Counted from the stretch's first letter, positions 9,283 through 18,692 are shown. The stretch: 64,000 nucleotides of DNA from Candidatus Micrarchaeota archaeon (GCA_964647855.1 CAZYJW010000001.1:357200-421199); one strand, 5' to 3'. Notes: generated by a model not told the origin, from the sequence alone. A program made the numbers and translations.

Positions 9283-10404
9283 CTAGAACCCGAAAATCCC
9301 CTTCTTCTTCCCTTTTTCCTCGCCCTCCAGCTCCTGCAGCAGCTCCTTCTGCCTTTTTCCAAGCTTCTTGGGCACCTCTATCACGACCCGGACAAGCTCG
9401 TCGCCCCTGCCCCCGTCCCCGAAGCGGGGCATGCCCTCGCCCTTCATCCTGAAGACCGTATGGGACTGGGTGCCGGCGGGGATGTGCAGCCGCGCCTTCC
9501 CGAACAGGGTGGGAACGTCTATTTCGCCCCCGAGCGCCGCGCGGGAGAACGTGATTGGCATCTCCAGGAGAAGGTCGTCGCCATCCCGCTCGAACACTTG
9601 GTGCGGCCTTACTGCCACCCTGACGAACAGGTCCCCCGGCCCGTCGCGGCCGAACTCCCCCAGGTCCTCGAGCCGGAGCCGCATGCCGCTGTGCACGCCG
9701 GGGGGTATGCCGACCTTGATGTGCTCGTGCGCGCTCGCTTTCCCGCTTCCGCTGCACGATACACATGGGTTCTCGACTATGCTTCCCTCGCCCCTGCACC
9801 TTTGGCATGTCGTCACGCTGAAGAACTGCATGGGGCCTGCCCTGCGCGCCTGCTGGACCTGCCCCCTGCCCCCGCAGTCCGGGCACGGCTTCCTGGCGCT
9901 TCCGGGCTCGCTCCCGCTGCCGCCGCATTTGCCGCACGCCCTCGTGCGGTTGTAGGATATGTCCCTCTTGGCGCCCTTCGCTGCCTCCTCCAGCGTTACC
10001 TGCACCACGGTCTCGAGGTCGGCGCCGTATTCGCGCCTGCGCCCCCCGCGCCCCGGCCTGAAGCCGAACATCGAGCCGAACATGCCGCCGAAGGGGTCGA
10101 ACCCGAAGCTCTCGAAGATGTCCTGGAAGTCGGAGAAGTCCGCGCTCCGGAAGATGTCCTCCTGCGAATACATCCGGTCGAATCCTGCATGTCCGTACTG
10201 GTCGTACTGGGCCCGCTTGTTGTCGTCTGAGAGGACCGCGTAAGCCTCGGATATCTCCTTGAACCTGCCTTCGGCTTCCTTGTCCTTGTTGCGGTCGGGG
10301 TGGAACTGCAGCGCGAGCTTCCGGTACGCCTTCTTGATTTCCTCCTTGCCCGCGCCCTTCTGCACCCCGAGTATCTCGTAATAGTCCCTTTTAGCAGCAG
10401 CCAT
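9283..10404 (-). CDS. dnaJ: Chaperone DnaJ (Hsp40), type I
   Basis: J domain with HPD (DYYEILGV...FHPDRN), G/F-rich region, four CxxCxGxG zinc-finger repeats ([32 protein letters not shown]) and a C-terminal domain. Start at 10402-10404. Confidence 0.9.
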   Translation of the reverse strand: MAAAKRDYYEILGVQKGAGKEEIKKAYRKLALQFHPDRNKDKEAEGRFKEISEAYAVLSDDNKRAQYDQYGHAGFDRMYSQEDIFRSADFSDFQDIFESFGFDPFGGMFGSMFGFRPGRGGRRREYGADLETVVQVTLEEAAKGAKRDISYNRTRACGKCGGSGSEPGSARKPCPDCGGRGQVQQARRAGPMQFFSVTTCQRCRGEGSIVENPCVSCSGSGKASAHEHIKVGIPPGVHSGMRLRLEDLGEFGRDGPGDLFVRVAVRPHQVFERDGDDLLLEMPITFSRAALGGEIDVPTLFGKARLHIPAGTQSHTVFRMKGEGMPRFGDGGRGDELVRVVIEVPKKLGKRQKELLQELEGEEKGKKKGIFGF

Positions 10405-10432
10405 GTTTTCGCCTTCGGCAACAACCCATCCG

Positions 10433-10753
10433 CTAGCGGTACATATTATTGTGCCTTTCCCTCTCCAGGCCCATCCAGATTCCAACGATCTCTTCTGCCC
10501 ATGTTCCCGCCTGCGCAGCCGGCCGGCCGCAAGCATGCCCCGGGGCGGTTTCCGCAGGCGGCTTCTCCTTTCCGCTCAGCACCGCGTACGCCGTGCTGAT
10601 TTCCCTGAACCGCTCCTCGGCGCCGGCTTCCTTGTTTCGGTCGGGGTGGAACCGGAGGGCGAGGCGGCGGTAAGCCTCCTGTATCTCCTTCTTGCTCGCC
10701 CTCCTGCGGACACCCAGCACCTTGTGGCAATCCATCGCGCGAACCACCCTCAT
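10433..10753 (-). CDS. J-domain-only protein (duplicated DnaJ N-terminus), translationally coupled to dnaK
   Basis: 106 aa; [57 protein letters not shown] is a complete J domain with HPD. Its DNA is similar to the dnaJ 5' end (shared ...gcggtcggggtggaac...). Its ATG overlaps the dnaK TGA (ATGA). Confidence 0.6.
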   Translation of the reverse strand: MRVVRAMDCHKVLGVRRRASKKEIQEAYRRLALRFHPDRNKEAGAEERFREISTAYAVLSGKEKPPAETAPGHACGRPAAQAGTWAEEIVGIWMGLERERHNNMYR

Positions 10754-12705
10754 TTTTTGCCTTCGTCGACCTTCTCGTATTGGCCCTCTACGACGTCATC
10801 TTCGCCCGAGCCTCCCTTCTTCTTGCCCTTCTTGATGTGCTCGTATCCCATGCCCCCGCCTCCGGCGCCCTGTTCCGGGTTTCCGGTTCCGGGTCCCGGC
10901 CCTGCGGTTCCGCCCATGTCCGGTCCCCCGGCACCCGGCCCGCCGCCTCCGGCGCCCTGCTGCTGGTACATCGAGCCGCCAATCTCCTCGAGCGCCTTCT
11001 TGAGCGCCTCGGTGTCGGCCCTGATGCGGCCGGCGTCCGTGCCCTTCATCGAGTCCTCGAGCGCCTTCTGGACCGCAGACACCTTGTCGTACTGCTCCTT
11101 GCTCATCTTGTCCTTGAACTCCGTGACCGTCTTCTTCGCGACATAGAGCATGCTCTCTGCCTCGTTGCGCGCGGTCGCAAGCTCGTAGGCGGCCTTGTCC
11201 GAATCGGCATGCGCCTCGGCCTCGGCCATCTTCTCCTTGATTTCCTCGTCCCTCATCTTGAGCGGGGCGGTCACGCGCATGCTCTGCTCCTTGCCCGTCG
11301 CCTCGTCCTTAGCGCTGACATGGAGGATGCCGTTCGCGTCGATGTCGAATGTCACCTCCACCTTCGGGACCCCCCTTGGCGCGGGCGGAATGCCCACGAG
11401 GCTGAACTTCCCGAGCTCGATGTTGTCCTTCGCCATCGGCCTCTCGCCCTGCAGGATGTGGATGTCCACGGCGGTCTGCATGTCCGCGGCGGTCGAGAAC
11501 ACCTGGCTCTTCTTCGTCGGTATCGTGGTGTTCCTCTCGATCAGCCTGGTCATCACGCCGCCGAGGGTCTCGAGCCCGAGCGAAAGCGGCGTCACGTCGA
11601 GGAGCAGGATGTCCTTCACCTCGCCCGAGAGCACGCCCGCCTGGACCGCGGCGCCCATCGCCACGCACTCCATCGGGTCGATGCCGCGCTCGACCTTCTT
11701 GCCTATGGTGTCCTCCACGAACTTCTGGACCATCGGCATCCTCGTGGGGCCGCCCACCAGTATTATCCTGTCTATCTGCGCCGGGGAGAGCTTCGCGTCG
11801 CGCATTGCCTGCTCGAGTGGCCCGCGGCACTTCTCTATCACCGGGCGCACGAGGTCCTCGAGCTTGGCCCTGGTGAGCTTGTATACGAAGTGCTTGGGGA
11901 CGTTGTCGACTGACGCGAGGAACGGCAGGTTGACCTCGCTCTCGAGCGTGGTGGAAAGCTCGATTTTCGCCTTCTCTGCCGCCTCGAGAATCCTTTGCCG
12001 GGCCTGCCTGTCCTTCCCGATATCGACGCCGCTCTCCTTCCTGAACTGGTCGGTAAGGTATTCCGCCACGATGCGGTCCATGTCGGTGCCGCCGAGCTGC
12101 GTGTCGCCGCTCGTGGATTTCACCTCGAAGACGCCCCCGCCGAAGTCCATGATTGTGACATCGAGCGTTCCGCCCCCCAGGTCGAAGACCAGTATCTTCA
12201 TGTCCTTGCCCGCCTTGTCCACGCCGTAGGCGAGGCATGCCGCCGTGGGCTCGTTCACCAGGCGCACGACCTCGAGCCCCGCAATAGACCCGGCGTCCTT
12301 GGTAGCCTGCCTCTGGTTGTCGTTGAAATACGCCGGCACGGTGATTACGGCCTTCTCCACGGGCTCGCCGAGGAATTCCTCGGCGTCCTTCCTTATCTTC
12401 TGGAGCAGTATCGCGGAGAGCTCCTGGGGGCGGTATCTCTTCCCGAGAATCTCGTACCTGTGATCGGTGCCCATCCTCCTCTTGAATGCGGACACCGTCC
12501 CCTCCGGGTTCGTGACCGCCTGCCTGCGGGCGGGCTCCCCGATTATCCTCTGCCCGTCGCGCGTGAAGGCCACGTAGCTCGGGAACGCCTTCCCGTACTG
12601 CGTTATCCCCTCGCTGCTCGGTATGATCTTGGGCCTTCCCCCCTCGAGGAATGCCGCCGCGCTGTTGCTCGTCCCCAAATCAATCCCTATTATCTTCGAC
12701 ATCAT
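10750..12705 (-). CDS. dnaK: Chaperone DnaK (Hsp70)
   Basis: 651 aa; [19 protein letters not shown], the substrate-binding domain and a G/M/P-rich C-terminal tail. Confidence 0.95.
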   Translation of the reverse strand: MMSKIIGIDLGTSNSAAAFLEGGRPKIIPSSEGITQYGKAFPSYVAFTRDGQRIIGEPARRQAVTNPEGTVSAFKRRMGTDHRYEILGKRYRPQELSAILLQKIRKDAEEFLGEPVEKAVITVPAYFNDNQRQATKDAGSIAGLEVVRLVNEPTAACLAYGVDKAGKDMKILVFDLGGGTLDVTIMDFGGGVFEVKSTSGDTQLGGTDMDRIVAEYLTDQFRKESGVDIGKDRQARQRILEAAEKAKIELSTTLESEVNLPFLASVDNVPKHFVYKLTRAKLEDLVRPVIEKCRGPLEQAMRDAKLSPAQIDRIILVGGPTRMPMVQKFVEDTIGKKVERGIDPMECVAMGAAVQAGVLSGEVKDILLLDVTPLSLGLETLGGVMTRLIERNTTIPTKKSQVFSTAADMQTAVDIHILQGERPMAKDNIELGKFSLVGIPPAPRGVPKVEVTFDIDANGILHVSAKDEATGKEQSMRVTAPLKMRDEEIKEKMAEAEAHADSDKAAYELATARNEAESMLYVAKKTVTEFKDKMSKEQYDKVSAVQKALEDSMKGTDAGRIRADTEALKKALEEIGGSMYQQQGAGGGGPGAGGPDMGGTAGPGPGTGNPEQGAGGGGMGYEHIKKGKKKGGSGEDDVVEGQYEKVDEGKK

Positions 12706-12720
12706 AATCCCTCCTTAACA

Positions 12721-13197
12721 TCAGTCCCTGACAGTTTCTTCATGTTTTCCCCTGCCGACCGCGACCTTCGCGTGGCGCAGGACCTTCCCCCTGTAGGTAT
12801 ACCCCTTCTGTATGACCTCGACAATCCTGCCGTCCTCCCCTTCGGCCGCCCGCAGGGCGTCGTGCCGGTAGGGGTCGAAGCTCGCCCCGAGGCACCTCAT
12901 CTCCTCTACGCCCTCCCGTTTCAGCATCTCCAGCATCTTGGCATAGATGAGCTCTATGCCGTGCCTAAAGTCCTTGTGCGCCGCCTTGTCCATGTGCGCA
13001 ATCGCCATGTCGAAATCGTCGACCACCGGGAGCAGCTTGAGCATGGCGTCCGAGGCCGCCTTCTCCCTGAGCACCTCGTTCTCGCGCGCGGCTCTCTTCT
13101 TGTAATTCTCGAACTCGGCCTGCAGCCTGGCAAGGCGCTCTTCCAGCTCGGCGACCCTCTCCGGGCCCGGCAGCTTCCTCTCCTCGACATGCGCCAC
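12721..13197 (-). CDS. grpE: Nucleotide exchange factor GrpE
   Basis: Coiled-coil N-terminus (RLARLQAEFENYKKRAARE) and a C-terminal beta domain typical of GrpE. First gene of the grpE-dnaK-[J]-dnaJ operon; GTG start. Confidence 0.85.
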   Translation of the reverse strand: MAHVEERKLPGPERVAELEERLARLQAEFENYKKRAARENEVLREKAASDAMLKLLPVVDDFDMAIAHMDKAAHKDFRHGIELIYAKMLEMLKREGVEEMRCLGASFDPYRHDALRAAEGEDGRIVEVIQKGYTYRGKVLRHAKVAVGRGKHEETVRD

Positions 13198-13342
13198 CTG
13201 CTTCAGTTCCCCGGCCGGGGGAAGTTCCGGGGGCTTCCTGTCCCCCGGGAGCAGGGCAGCTCTCTTTTCATCTTTCGTGCAATCACCCTTTTGGGTTTAT
13301 TTTAACAATTTGTTTAATATTTCGAAAGTTTTTTAAATATTA
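13198..13342. promoter_or_regulatory. AT-rich bidirectional promoter region between divergent grpE operon and wHTH regulator gene
   Basis: Only strongly AT-rich stretch in the neighbourhood (tttattttaacaatttgtttaatatttcgaaagttttttaaatattaatg), with TATA-like elements facing both directions. Confidence 0.5.
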
Positions 13343-13765
13343 ATGCGGGAAATGAAAAATATGGCGCAAAGGCGTTATTACCGGCAGATAGTCATCCGGT
13401 ACATCGCGGTCCCCTCGGCGGACGAGGACATAGACGCGGACATCGACTACGTCTACCAGTGCCTGGGCCTTGGCGACGAGCGGGACGATGTCGGGCGGGT
13501 GGTCTTCCGGGCCCTTGTGAAATCCAGCCAGCGCGGCGAGGGCATCTCCTCGCGCGACATCATGGAGCTCTCGGAGACCAGCCAGGCCGCGGTGATATAC
13601 CATCTCAACAACTTCCAGCGCTCCGGCCTCGTCGTGAAGGACGGGCGCAACTACTTCCTGCGCGGCCAGAGCCTGAGCGAGACGCTCGAGGAGATGGAAG
13701 GCGACATCCGCAGGCGCTTCGAGCACCTGAAGCAGGTCGCGAGAAAAATAGAGGAAAAAAGATAA
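13343..13765 (+). CDS. Winged-helix transcriptional regulator (candidate heat-shock operon regulator)
   Basis: 140 aa; wHTH (ISSRDIMELSETSQAAVIYHLNNFQRSGLVVKDGRNYFLRG). Divergent from grpE. Confidence 0.5.
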   Translation: MREMKNMAQRRYYRQIVIRYIAVPSADEDIDADIDYVYQCLGLGDERDDVGRVVFRALVKSSQRGEGISSRDIMELSETSQAAVIYHLNNFQRSGLVVKDGRNYFLRGQSLSETLEEMEGDIRRRFEHLKQVARKIEEKR

Positions 13766-13771
13766 GGGAAT

Positions 13772-14686
13772 CTACTTCTTCGTCAGCACGATGCTGTACG
13801 TCCGGTCGTAGGAGAGCGGCTCCCAGCTGGTCTCGGAGGCCATTCCGCTAACCGAGTCGACGCTAAGGAGCATCTGCCTGGTGTAGTCGTTGCCCTCGGA
13901 CTGCTTGTCCCCGGTGACATAGTGCACGTTCACCATGTCGCTTATCAGGTAGACGTTCTCGGTCTGCTCTATCCTGACGACTATCCAGTACGTCCCCTTG
14001 GAAAGCGAGGGCGCCTTTGCGAAGTCGAAGTTGATCCAGTTCTCGCTCATCGTGGTGGCGTTTATCGGCCGTTTCACCGTCGCGACCACCTGGCCCGGCT
14101 CCCCTCCGTCATCCTCCCTTATGTCAATCGCAATCTCGGTCCCGGGCTGGGTCTTGGATGCGAGCCTCTTCATGAAGACCCGGACCCTGTCCGGGCTTAT
14201 CGGGTTTTCGACATCGACCGCCATCGCGCGCCATTCCTTGAAGGACACGCCGTCATACTCGACGCCCTTCGTGTCCTCGCTCCCGAGCGAGTTCACGCTC
14301 CAGTCCCTGGAATAGAGCGTCTGAGCGCCGTTCTCTATGGTCACGGCGAGGGTGCCGACCTCCCCGGGATAGAATTCCATCCGGAGCGGCTGCGTTGCGT
14401 TTCCCTGGACCGTAACGGACGCCGCCTCGGCGCCGTCGACCTTGAGCGAGAGCGTCTCGCCGTCGGCGCAGGTCACCGTCGCTATCACAACCGCGGTCTC
14501 GGAGAGCGTGCCCGGCTCGAGGTCGGAGAACGAATACGAGGGCGAGCACTCCTCGGCTACGGGGCCCGTTCCCGGTATCTGCGGGACGGAAGGCCCGCCG
14601 GTCTGTTGCCCCCCCGGCTGCGTCTGTGTTCCTGTGCAGCCGAAGACAAGCATGGCTGCCAATGCGAATAACAGCAGGTTCCTCAT
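13772..14686 (-). CDS. Secreted lipoprotein, hypothetical
   Basis: Start MRNLLLFALAAMLVFGCTGTQT (signal plus LVFGC lipobox), a G/Q/P-rich linker, then a beta-rich domain without known motifs. Confidence 0.5.
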   Translation of the reverse strand: MRNLLLFALAAMLVFGCTGTQTQPGGQQTGGPSVPQIPGTGPVAEECSPSYSFSDLEPGTLSETAVVIATVTCADGETLSLKVDGAEAASVTVQGNATQPLRMEFYPGEVGTLAVTIENGAQTLYSRDWSVNSLGSEDTKGVEYDGVSFKEWRAMAVDVENPISPDRVRVFMKRLASKTQPGTEIAIDIREDDGGEPGQVVATVKRPINATTMSENWINFDFAKAPSLSKGTYWIVVRIEQTENVYLISDMVNVHYVTGDKQSEGNDYTRQMLLSVDSVSGMASETSWEPLSYDRTYSIVLTKK

Positions 14687-14727
14687 AGTATACCTCCGGA
14701 GAAGGATACGCACTCGGGTTTTTTAAC

Positions 14728-15009
14728 CTAATATTTCCCGACGATTTCCCGCACGCCGGCGACCCACCCGCGCAGATACGCCCGGAACTCGAGGCCGCTC
14801 TCCATGCTGATGATGCGGAAATGCCTGTCCTCTGTTTCGGGGAGGTTCAGGTGCGGGAGCTCTTCCACATCGAGCTCGCTCCATTCCCTCGCCGCGAAAT
14901 AGTCCGCATGGTCCACTGCCCAGACGCGCCCCCGCTCGAGTCCTACGAGGTAGGACTTGGACTCGGTGTTTTCCCTGTCCCGGAGAAGGTTATCGCCGAT
15001 TTCAGACAT
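14728..15009 (-). CDS. Uncharacterised 93-aa protein, paralog A (flanks cbiM-like gene)
   Basis: MSEIGDNLLRDRENTESKSYLVGLERGRVWAVDHADYFAAREWSE...DRHFRII...AYLRGWVAGVREIVGKY. It is ~55% identical to the ORF at 15931..16212. The 381-aa ORF in the track is a chimeric upstream extension. Confidence 0.6.
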   Translation of the reverse strand: MSEIGDNLLRDRENTESKSYLVGLERGRVWAVDHADYFAAREWSELDVEELPHLNLPETEDRHFRIISMESGLEFRAYLRGWVAGVREIVGKY

Positions 15010-15035
15010 GGTATCCTGAGATGGTAGTGGCGCCT

Positions 15036-15902
15036 TCAATTTAAAACGCTTTTGCGGGGGGCGGGAAGCACTGCTCCTGCGTAGGCGAGCGCGAATGCCG
15101 CCGCGGTCCCGATGATGCCTGCCGCGAGCGCCGAGCCGTAGCCTCCGAGCGCATCCGCCATGAACGAATAATCCGGCACGGGCGCCTCGTAGAGCGTGAT
15201 CGCCCCGCCGAAGAACCCGGCGTCGATGGCAACCCTCTCCAAACCGTCCGGGTCGGCCGATGCGAAAGGCAGCAGCATCGCAAGCCCGAGCATGGAAAGC
15301 GCGGCGGACGCATACGCCAGGCCGCCGGTCATCGAAACGCCCCTTTGCATGAACGCGGATATGAGAAGCAGCGTTATCATGCCCTCGCCCACGCCGATTA
15401 TGGCGTGCGTCAGCATCATGGCAGGGAGCGCGGCAAGCGGGGCGCCGCTGAGCACGAGCAGGAATGCGCATGAGGCCGACGCCGCGAAAACGCCCGTCCA
15501 GGACGCCGCGAAAGCACCGTATCTCCCGTAAGCCGCCCTTGCCGCATAAACGCCCACTACCGCCATGTTGAACACGTTCACGCCCAGGGCGAGGATGCCC
15601 CCGTCGCCGAAAACAACCGCCTGCAGCGCGAGTACGCATGCCATGGCGAATAACGCGCCGTCTAGCCCGAGCACCGCGAACGCGAAGGCCGCACCTATTA
15701 GGTGCCCGCTCGTGCCCCCGCCTATCGGGAAATTGAGCATCTGCGCGGCGAAGATTATCGCCGCCACCGAGGCAATCCTGAGCGCGGCCTCCTTCGTCAT
15801 CCCTGCGCGCAGCCTGCTCATGGCGAGAAGCAGGGGCGCCGCGGAAGCGAGCGCCATTGCGACGCAAATCCATCCGGTGATGAGCCCGTCGGGCGTGTGC
15901 AT
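15036..15902 (-). CDS. cbiM: CbiM/NikM-like ECF transporter substrate-specific component (Co/Ni) with C-terminal extension
   Basis: N-terminus MHTPDGL (CbiM MHIxEG-type) and the conserved FPIGGGTSGHLIGAAF motif. About 7 TM segments plus a C-terminal PDGLERV-containing extension. No CbiQ/CbiO adjacent. Confidence 0.6.
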   Translation of the reverse strand: MHTPDGLITGWICVAMALASAAPLLLAMSRLRAGMTKEAALRIASVAAIIFAAQMLNFPIGGGTSGHLIGAAFAFAVLGLDGALFAMACVLALQAVVFGDGGILALGVNVFNMAVVGVYAARAAYGRYGAFAASWTGVFAASASCAFLLVLSGAPLAALPAMMLTHAIIGVGEGMITLLLISAFMQRGVSMTGGLAYASAALSMLGLAMLLPFASADPDGLERVAIDAGFFGGAITLYEAPVPDYSFMADALGGYGSALAAGIIGTAAAFALAYAGAVLPAPRKSVLN

Positions 15903-15930
15903 GGGCGGGATATCCCGCGCACGCTTTAAA

Positions 15931-16212
15931 TCAGTATTTCCCGCGGATTTCGCGCACGCCGCTTATCCAGCCGCGGAGGTACGCGTCCCACTGGAGCGGC
16001 GTCTCGCTCCTGAGCACCCTGAAATGGTCGTTTTCCCCGTGGGGGAGCACCAGGTCCTCGAACTCATGGGGGTTCTGCTCGCTCCATTCGCGCAGCTCGA
16101 AGTAGTCGGCGCGGTCCATGGCCCAAAGCCTGCCCCTCTCAAGCCCTATGAGGAAAGACTTGCTCTCGCTGTCGCAGCGGTCCCTCAGGAGCCCTTCAAG
16201 GATTTCGCTCAT
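15931..16212 (-). CDS. Uncharacterised 93-aa protein, paralog B (flanks cbiM-like gene)
   Basis: MSEILEGLLRDRCDSESKSFLIGLERGRLWAMDRADYFELREWSE...DHFRVL...AYLRGWISGVREIRGKY. Same length as, and collinear with, the 14728..15009 product. Confidence 0.6.
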   Translation of the reverse strand: MSEILEGLLRDRCDSESKSFLIGLERGRLWAMDRADYFELREWSEQNPHEFEDLVLPHGENDHFRVLRSETPLQWDAYLRGWISGVREIRGKY

Positions 16213-16304
16213 GGCTATATATGTGTCTAAAAGTGTTTAAAAAGGTTATCTTATTCCACCGCCCTGCGCTTATTTTAAAAAGACACGCGACCATAGGCTA
16301 TAAC

Positions 16305-16733
16305 ATGACTCAGGGACCCCCAAAGAAACTGCCGCCCCCGCCCCCGTCCCAGGCCCTGAAGAGCCCGCCACCGCCACGGATGGGCGCCGGGAGGGCGCAA
16401 TCCCCGGAGGGCATCATCGTGAATTCCGGAGGCGTCTCGGAGAGGCTGGCCGAACGCCTTCGGGCACTGCTTCCTGCCGCCATCAGGAACACGCTTTTCA
16501 TAGACGGCAGGAACACCGTCATTGCGGACGGAAGACCCATAGGCATAATGGAGGGCGGGCGCCTCCTGATCGACCATTCGCCGATGTTCTCGCACATCCC
16601 GGTTCCGCCTGCCATGCGGAACATCGCCCAGGCGGGCAGGATGAAAATCTTCATAGAAGTCGGGGAGAAGGAATCCCAAATCTGCGCCGGGGACTCGCTC
16701 GGGCAGAAGAAGCTCTATTCAAGGATAGGCTGA
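16305..16733 (+). CDS. Hypothetical protein with proline-rich N-terminus
   Basis: Start MTQGPPKKLPPPPPSQALKSPPPP, then a ~110-aa globular domain. An AT-rich promoter (ttttaaaaag) lies upstream. Confidence 0.4.
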   Translation: MTQGPPKKLPPPPPSQALKSPPPPRMGAGRAQSPEGIIVNSGGVSERLAERLRALLPAAIRNTLFIDGRNTVIADGRPIGIMEGGRLLIDHSPMFSHIPVPPAMRNIAQAGRMKIFIEVGEKESQICAGDSLGQKKLYSRIG

Positions 16734-16737
16734 TTGC

Positions 16738-17562
16738 ATGGGGCGCTCGGGCAATCCTGTGCTCTCGGCATTCGTCCTGAGCGCCCGCTTCGCGGGAAGG
16801 CGCGCGGCTGCCCGCTTCTCCGGGGCGCCGGAAATCGAGACGCTGATTGTGGACGTCGACCGCACGATAACGCGCGAGGATTCGCCGAAACTGGCGCTCG
16901 AGGCGCTCTGCGGCAAGGGGGAGGCCGGGCGAATCTTCCATTCGATAATCAGGAAAGCCATCCTCGGGAGGATTCGCCTCGAATCGATTAACGGCGAGGT
17001 GTTCGGAGAACTCTACAAGCGCGGATTCCGGCAATCCGACTGGGTCGGCCTGATGGAGAGGCAGGAACGCGACGGCGGCCTCCGGCTGGACCTTATCGAA
17101 TCCATACAGGCGCTATCGGCCCGGCGCGGAATCACCATCGCCCTCGCAACGCGCTCCTCCGAAGCGGCTGCGCAATGGCTCGCCGCCCGCTATGGATTCC
17201 GTTTCGGCGTAGGCAGCATCGAGCGGCCCATGAACGGCTCTTTCGCGGGCTTTTCCAGGATGATTGGCGTCTTCGACGGCATCTGCATGGGCGCCGAGGT
17301 CGTGACCAAGATGACCGCCGTATCGCGCCTCATGCGGGAGTCCGGCCGCACGCTTGTTCCGGAAAGGGCCGCCGTCCTCACGAACGACCTCCTCGACGCC
17401 TTCGAAATGATTGATTCGGCACGGGGCGTCCTGCTGGTTCCTAAGGAGAAGAACACCCTGGAGAAGCTGACATCCGCCTTCCACCTGTACGATGCCACCA
17501 TCCGCGAGGGCGGGGAAATGCTCAGGCAGCTGGAATCCGCCCTGGGATTCGGAAGGGGCTAG
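16738..17562 (+). CDS. HAD-superfamily hydrolase-like protein
   Basis: LIVDVDRTIT matches HAD motif I (DxDxT); 4 nt downstream of the previous gene. Confidence 0.5.
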   Translation: MGRSGNPVLSAFVLSARFAGRRAAARFSGAPEIETLIVDVDRTITREDSPKLALEALCGKGEAGRIFHSIIRKAILGRIRLESINGEVFGELYKRGFRQSDWVGLMERQERDGGLRLDLIESIQALSARRGITIALATRSSEAAAQWLAARYGFRFGVGSIERPMNGSFAGFSRMIGVFDGICMGAEVVTKMTAVSRLMRESGRTLVPERAAVLTNDLLDAFEMIDSARGVLLVPKEKNTLEKLTSAFHLYDATIREGGEMLRQLESALGFGRG

Positions 17563-17582
17563 CGCTATCTGTTGGAATAAGT

Positions 17583-17708
17583 CGCCTTGGCCGGGATTCG
17601 AACCCGGGTCGCGAGAGTTCCGTTCCGCCTAGCATGCCCGTTTTGGGCCGCCTTTTCCCAAAAGGCGGAATGACAGTCTCGTATGCTGGACCACTACACT
17701 ACCAAGGC
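17583..17708 (-). tRNA. tRNA-Asp (GUC) with 53-nt intron at the canonical 37/38 position
   Basis: Reverse complement gives GCCTTGG-TA-GTGT-AGTGGTCCA-GCAT-A-CGAGA-CTGTCA[53-nt intron]C-TCTCG-CGAC-CCGGG-TTCGAAT-CCCGG-CCAAGGC-G. The exons closely match archaeal tRNA-Asp. The intron carries the complementary TTCCGCC/GGCGGAA helix expected for a BHB. Confidence 0.8.
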
Positions 17709-17828
17709 TGATAATGAGATTACTCTACGTCCTCCCTTCTTTTTAAAAATCATTCGTTCGCGGGGAGGGGGTGCGGTTGCGCTCCGCATCGGTCGCTTTA
17801 TTTTATGTTCCCCGCATATGCCTCACCG

Positions 17829-18692
17829 ATGATAGACCTCCACGCCCACACGACGGCGTCCGACGGCAGCCTAACATTCGAAGAGCTGGTGGCGGAGGCA
17901 GCCCGGGGGGGCCTGAGGGCCCTTGCGATAACCGACCACGACAACGTCCAGAGCGCGAGGAGGATCACCGGGAGGGAGCCCCTCGAGGTCATCCCCGGAA
18001 TCGAGCTTTCGGTCTTCGACCACGCCCTCGGCTACGAGGACGTCCATGTGATAGGCCTCTTCATCGACCCGGAAAACGAAACCCTTAGCTCGAAACTCGA
18101 TTCCCTCGGCCGGGTGGAGCAGAAGAAGGCCACCGTCGCGAAGCTAAACGAACTCGGCTACAAAATCACCTTTGATGAGGTGAAGGCGAAGTCGCAGGGC
18201 GTGGTGGGGAGGCCGCACATCGCGATGGCGCTCATGGAAAAGTACCCGCAGGAGTTCCCGAAGATGGTGGACGTCTTCAACAAACTGCTAGGAAGGGGGA
18301 GGCCCGCGTGCATCGGGCGCGAGTCCGGCTTCGGCCTCGGCGAGGCAATCTCGCTCATCCACGCCGCAGGCGGCCTCGCGATACTCTGCCACCCCTTCAT
18401 ATACCCCTACGACCCGGAGAAGCTCGCAAGGGAGTTCAAGGCCCTTGGCGGCGACGGCATCGAGGTGTACTACGACTATGCGGCAAACCGGCCCTCCGTT
18501 CCCACCACGGGCGAGGAGAACGCCCGCCTCGTCTCCCGGGCGAAGGCGATTGCGGCAGGCCTCGGCCTTCTGGAATCCGGCGGCTCCGACTTCCACGGAA
18601 AGGGCAAGCGCGGCTACCAGCGGCTCGGCCTCTTCGGCGCCCCGGACGGCGTCCTGGACGCGCTCAGGGCCGCCGGAGGAAAACCTTTATAA
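17829..18692 (+). CDS. PHP-domain metal-dependent phosphoesterase
   Basis: MIDLHAHTTASDGS N-terminal motif and further His/Asp clusters (AITDHDN, ILCHPF) of the PHP (polymerase/histidinol phosphatase) family. Confidence 0.7.
   Translation: MIDLHAHTTASDGSLTFEELVAEAARGGLRALAITDHDNVQSARRITGREPLEVIPGIELSVFDHALGYEDVHVIGLFIDPENETLSSKLDSLGRVEQKKATVAKLNELGYKITFDEVKAKSQGVVGRPHIAMALMEKYPQEFPKMVDVFNKLLGRGRPACIGRESGFGLGEAISLIHAAGGLAILCHPFIYPYDPEKLAREFKALGGDGIEVYYDYAANRPSVPTTGEENARLVSRAKAIAAGLGLLESGGSDFHGKGKRGYQRLGLFGAPDGVLDALRAAGGKPL

Noticed and set aside
10780-13305. Long + strand ORFs (377 aa and 436 aa) and 11309..12238(-) 309 aa overlapping dnaK/grpE.
   Set aside because: Antisense or out-of-frame to the unmistakable dnaK gene; Arg/His/Leu/Gly-rich junk translations.
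14728-15873. 381-aa minus-strand ORF.
   Set aside because: Chimeric: only the last 93 aa (from Met at 15009) are a real gene. The upstream part is an out-of-frame read across the cbiM-like gene (Arg/Gly-rich).
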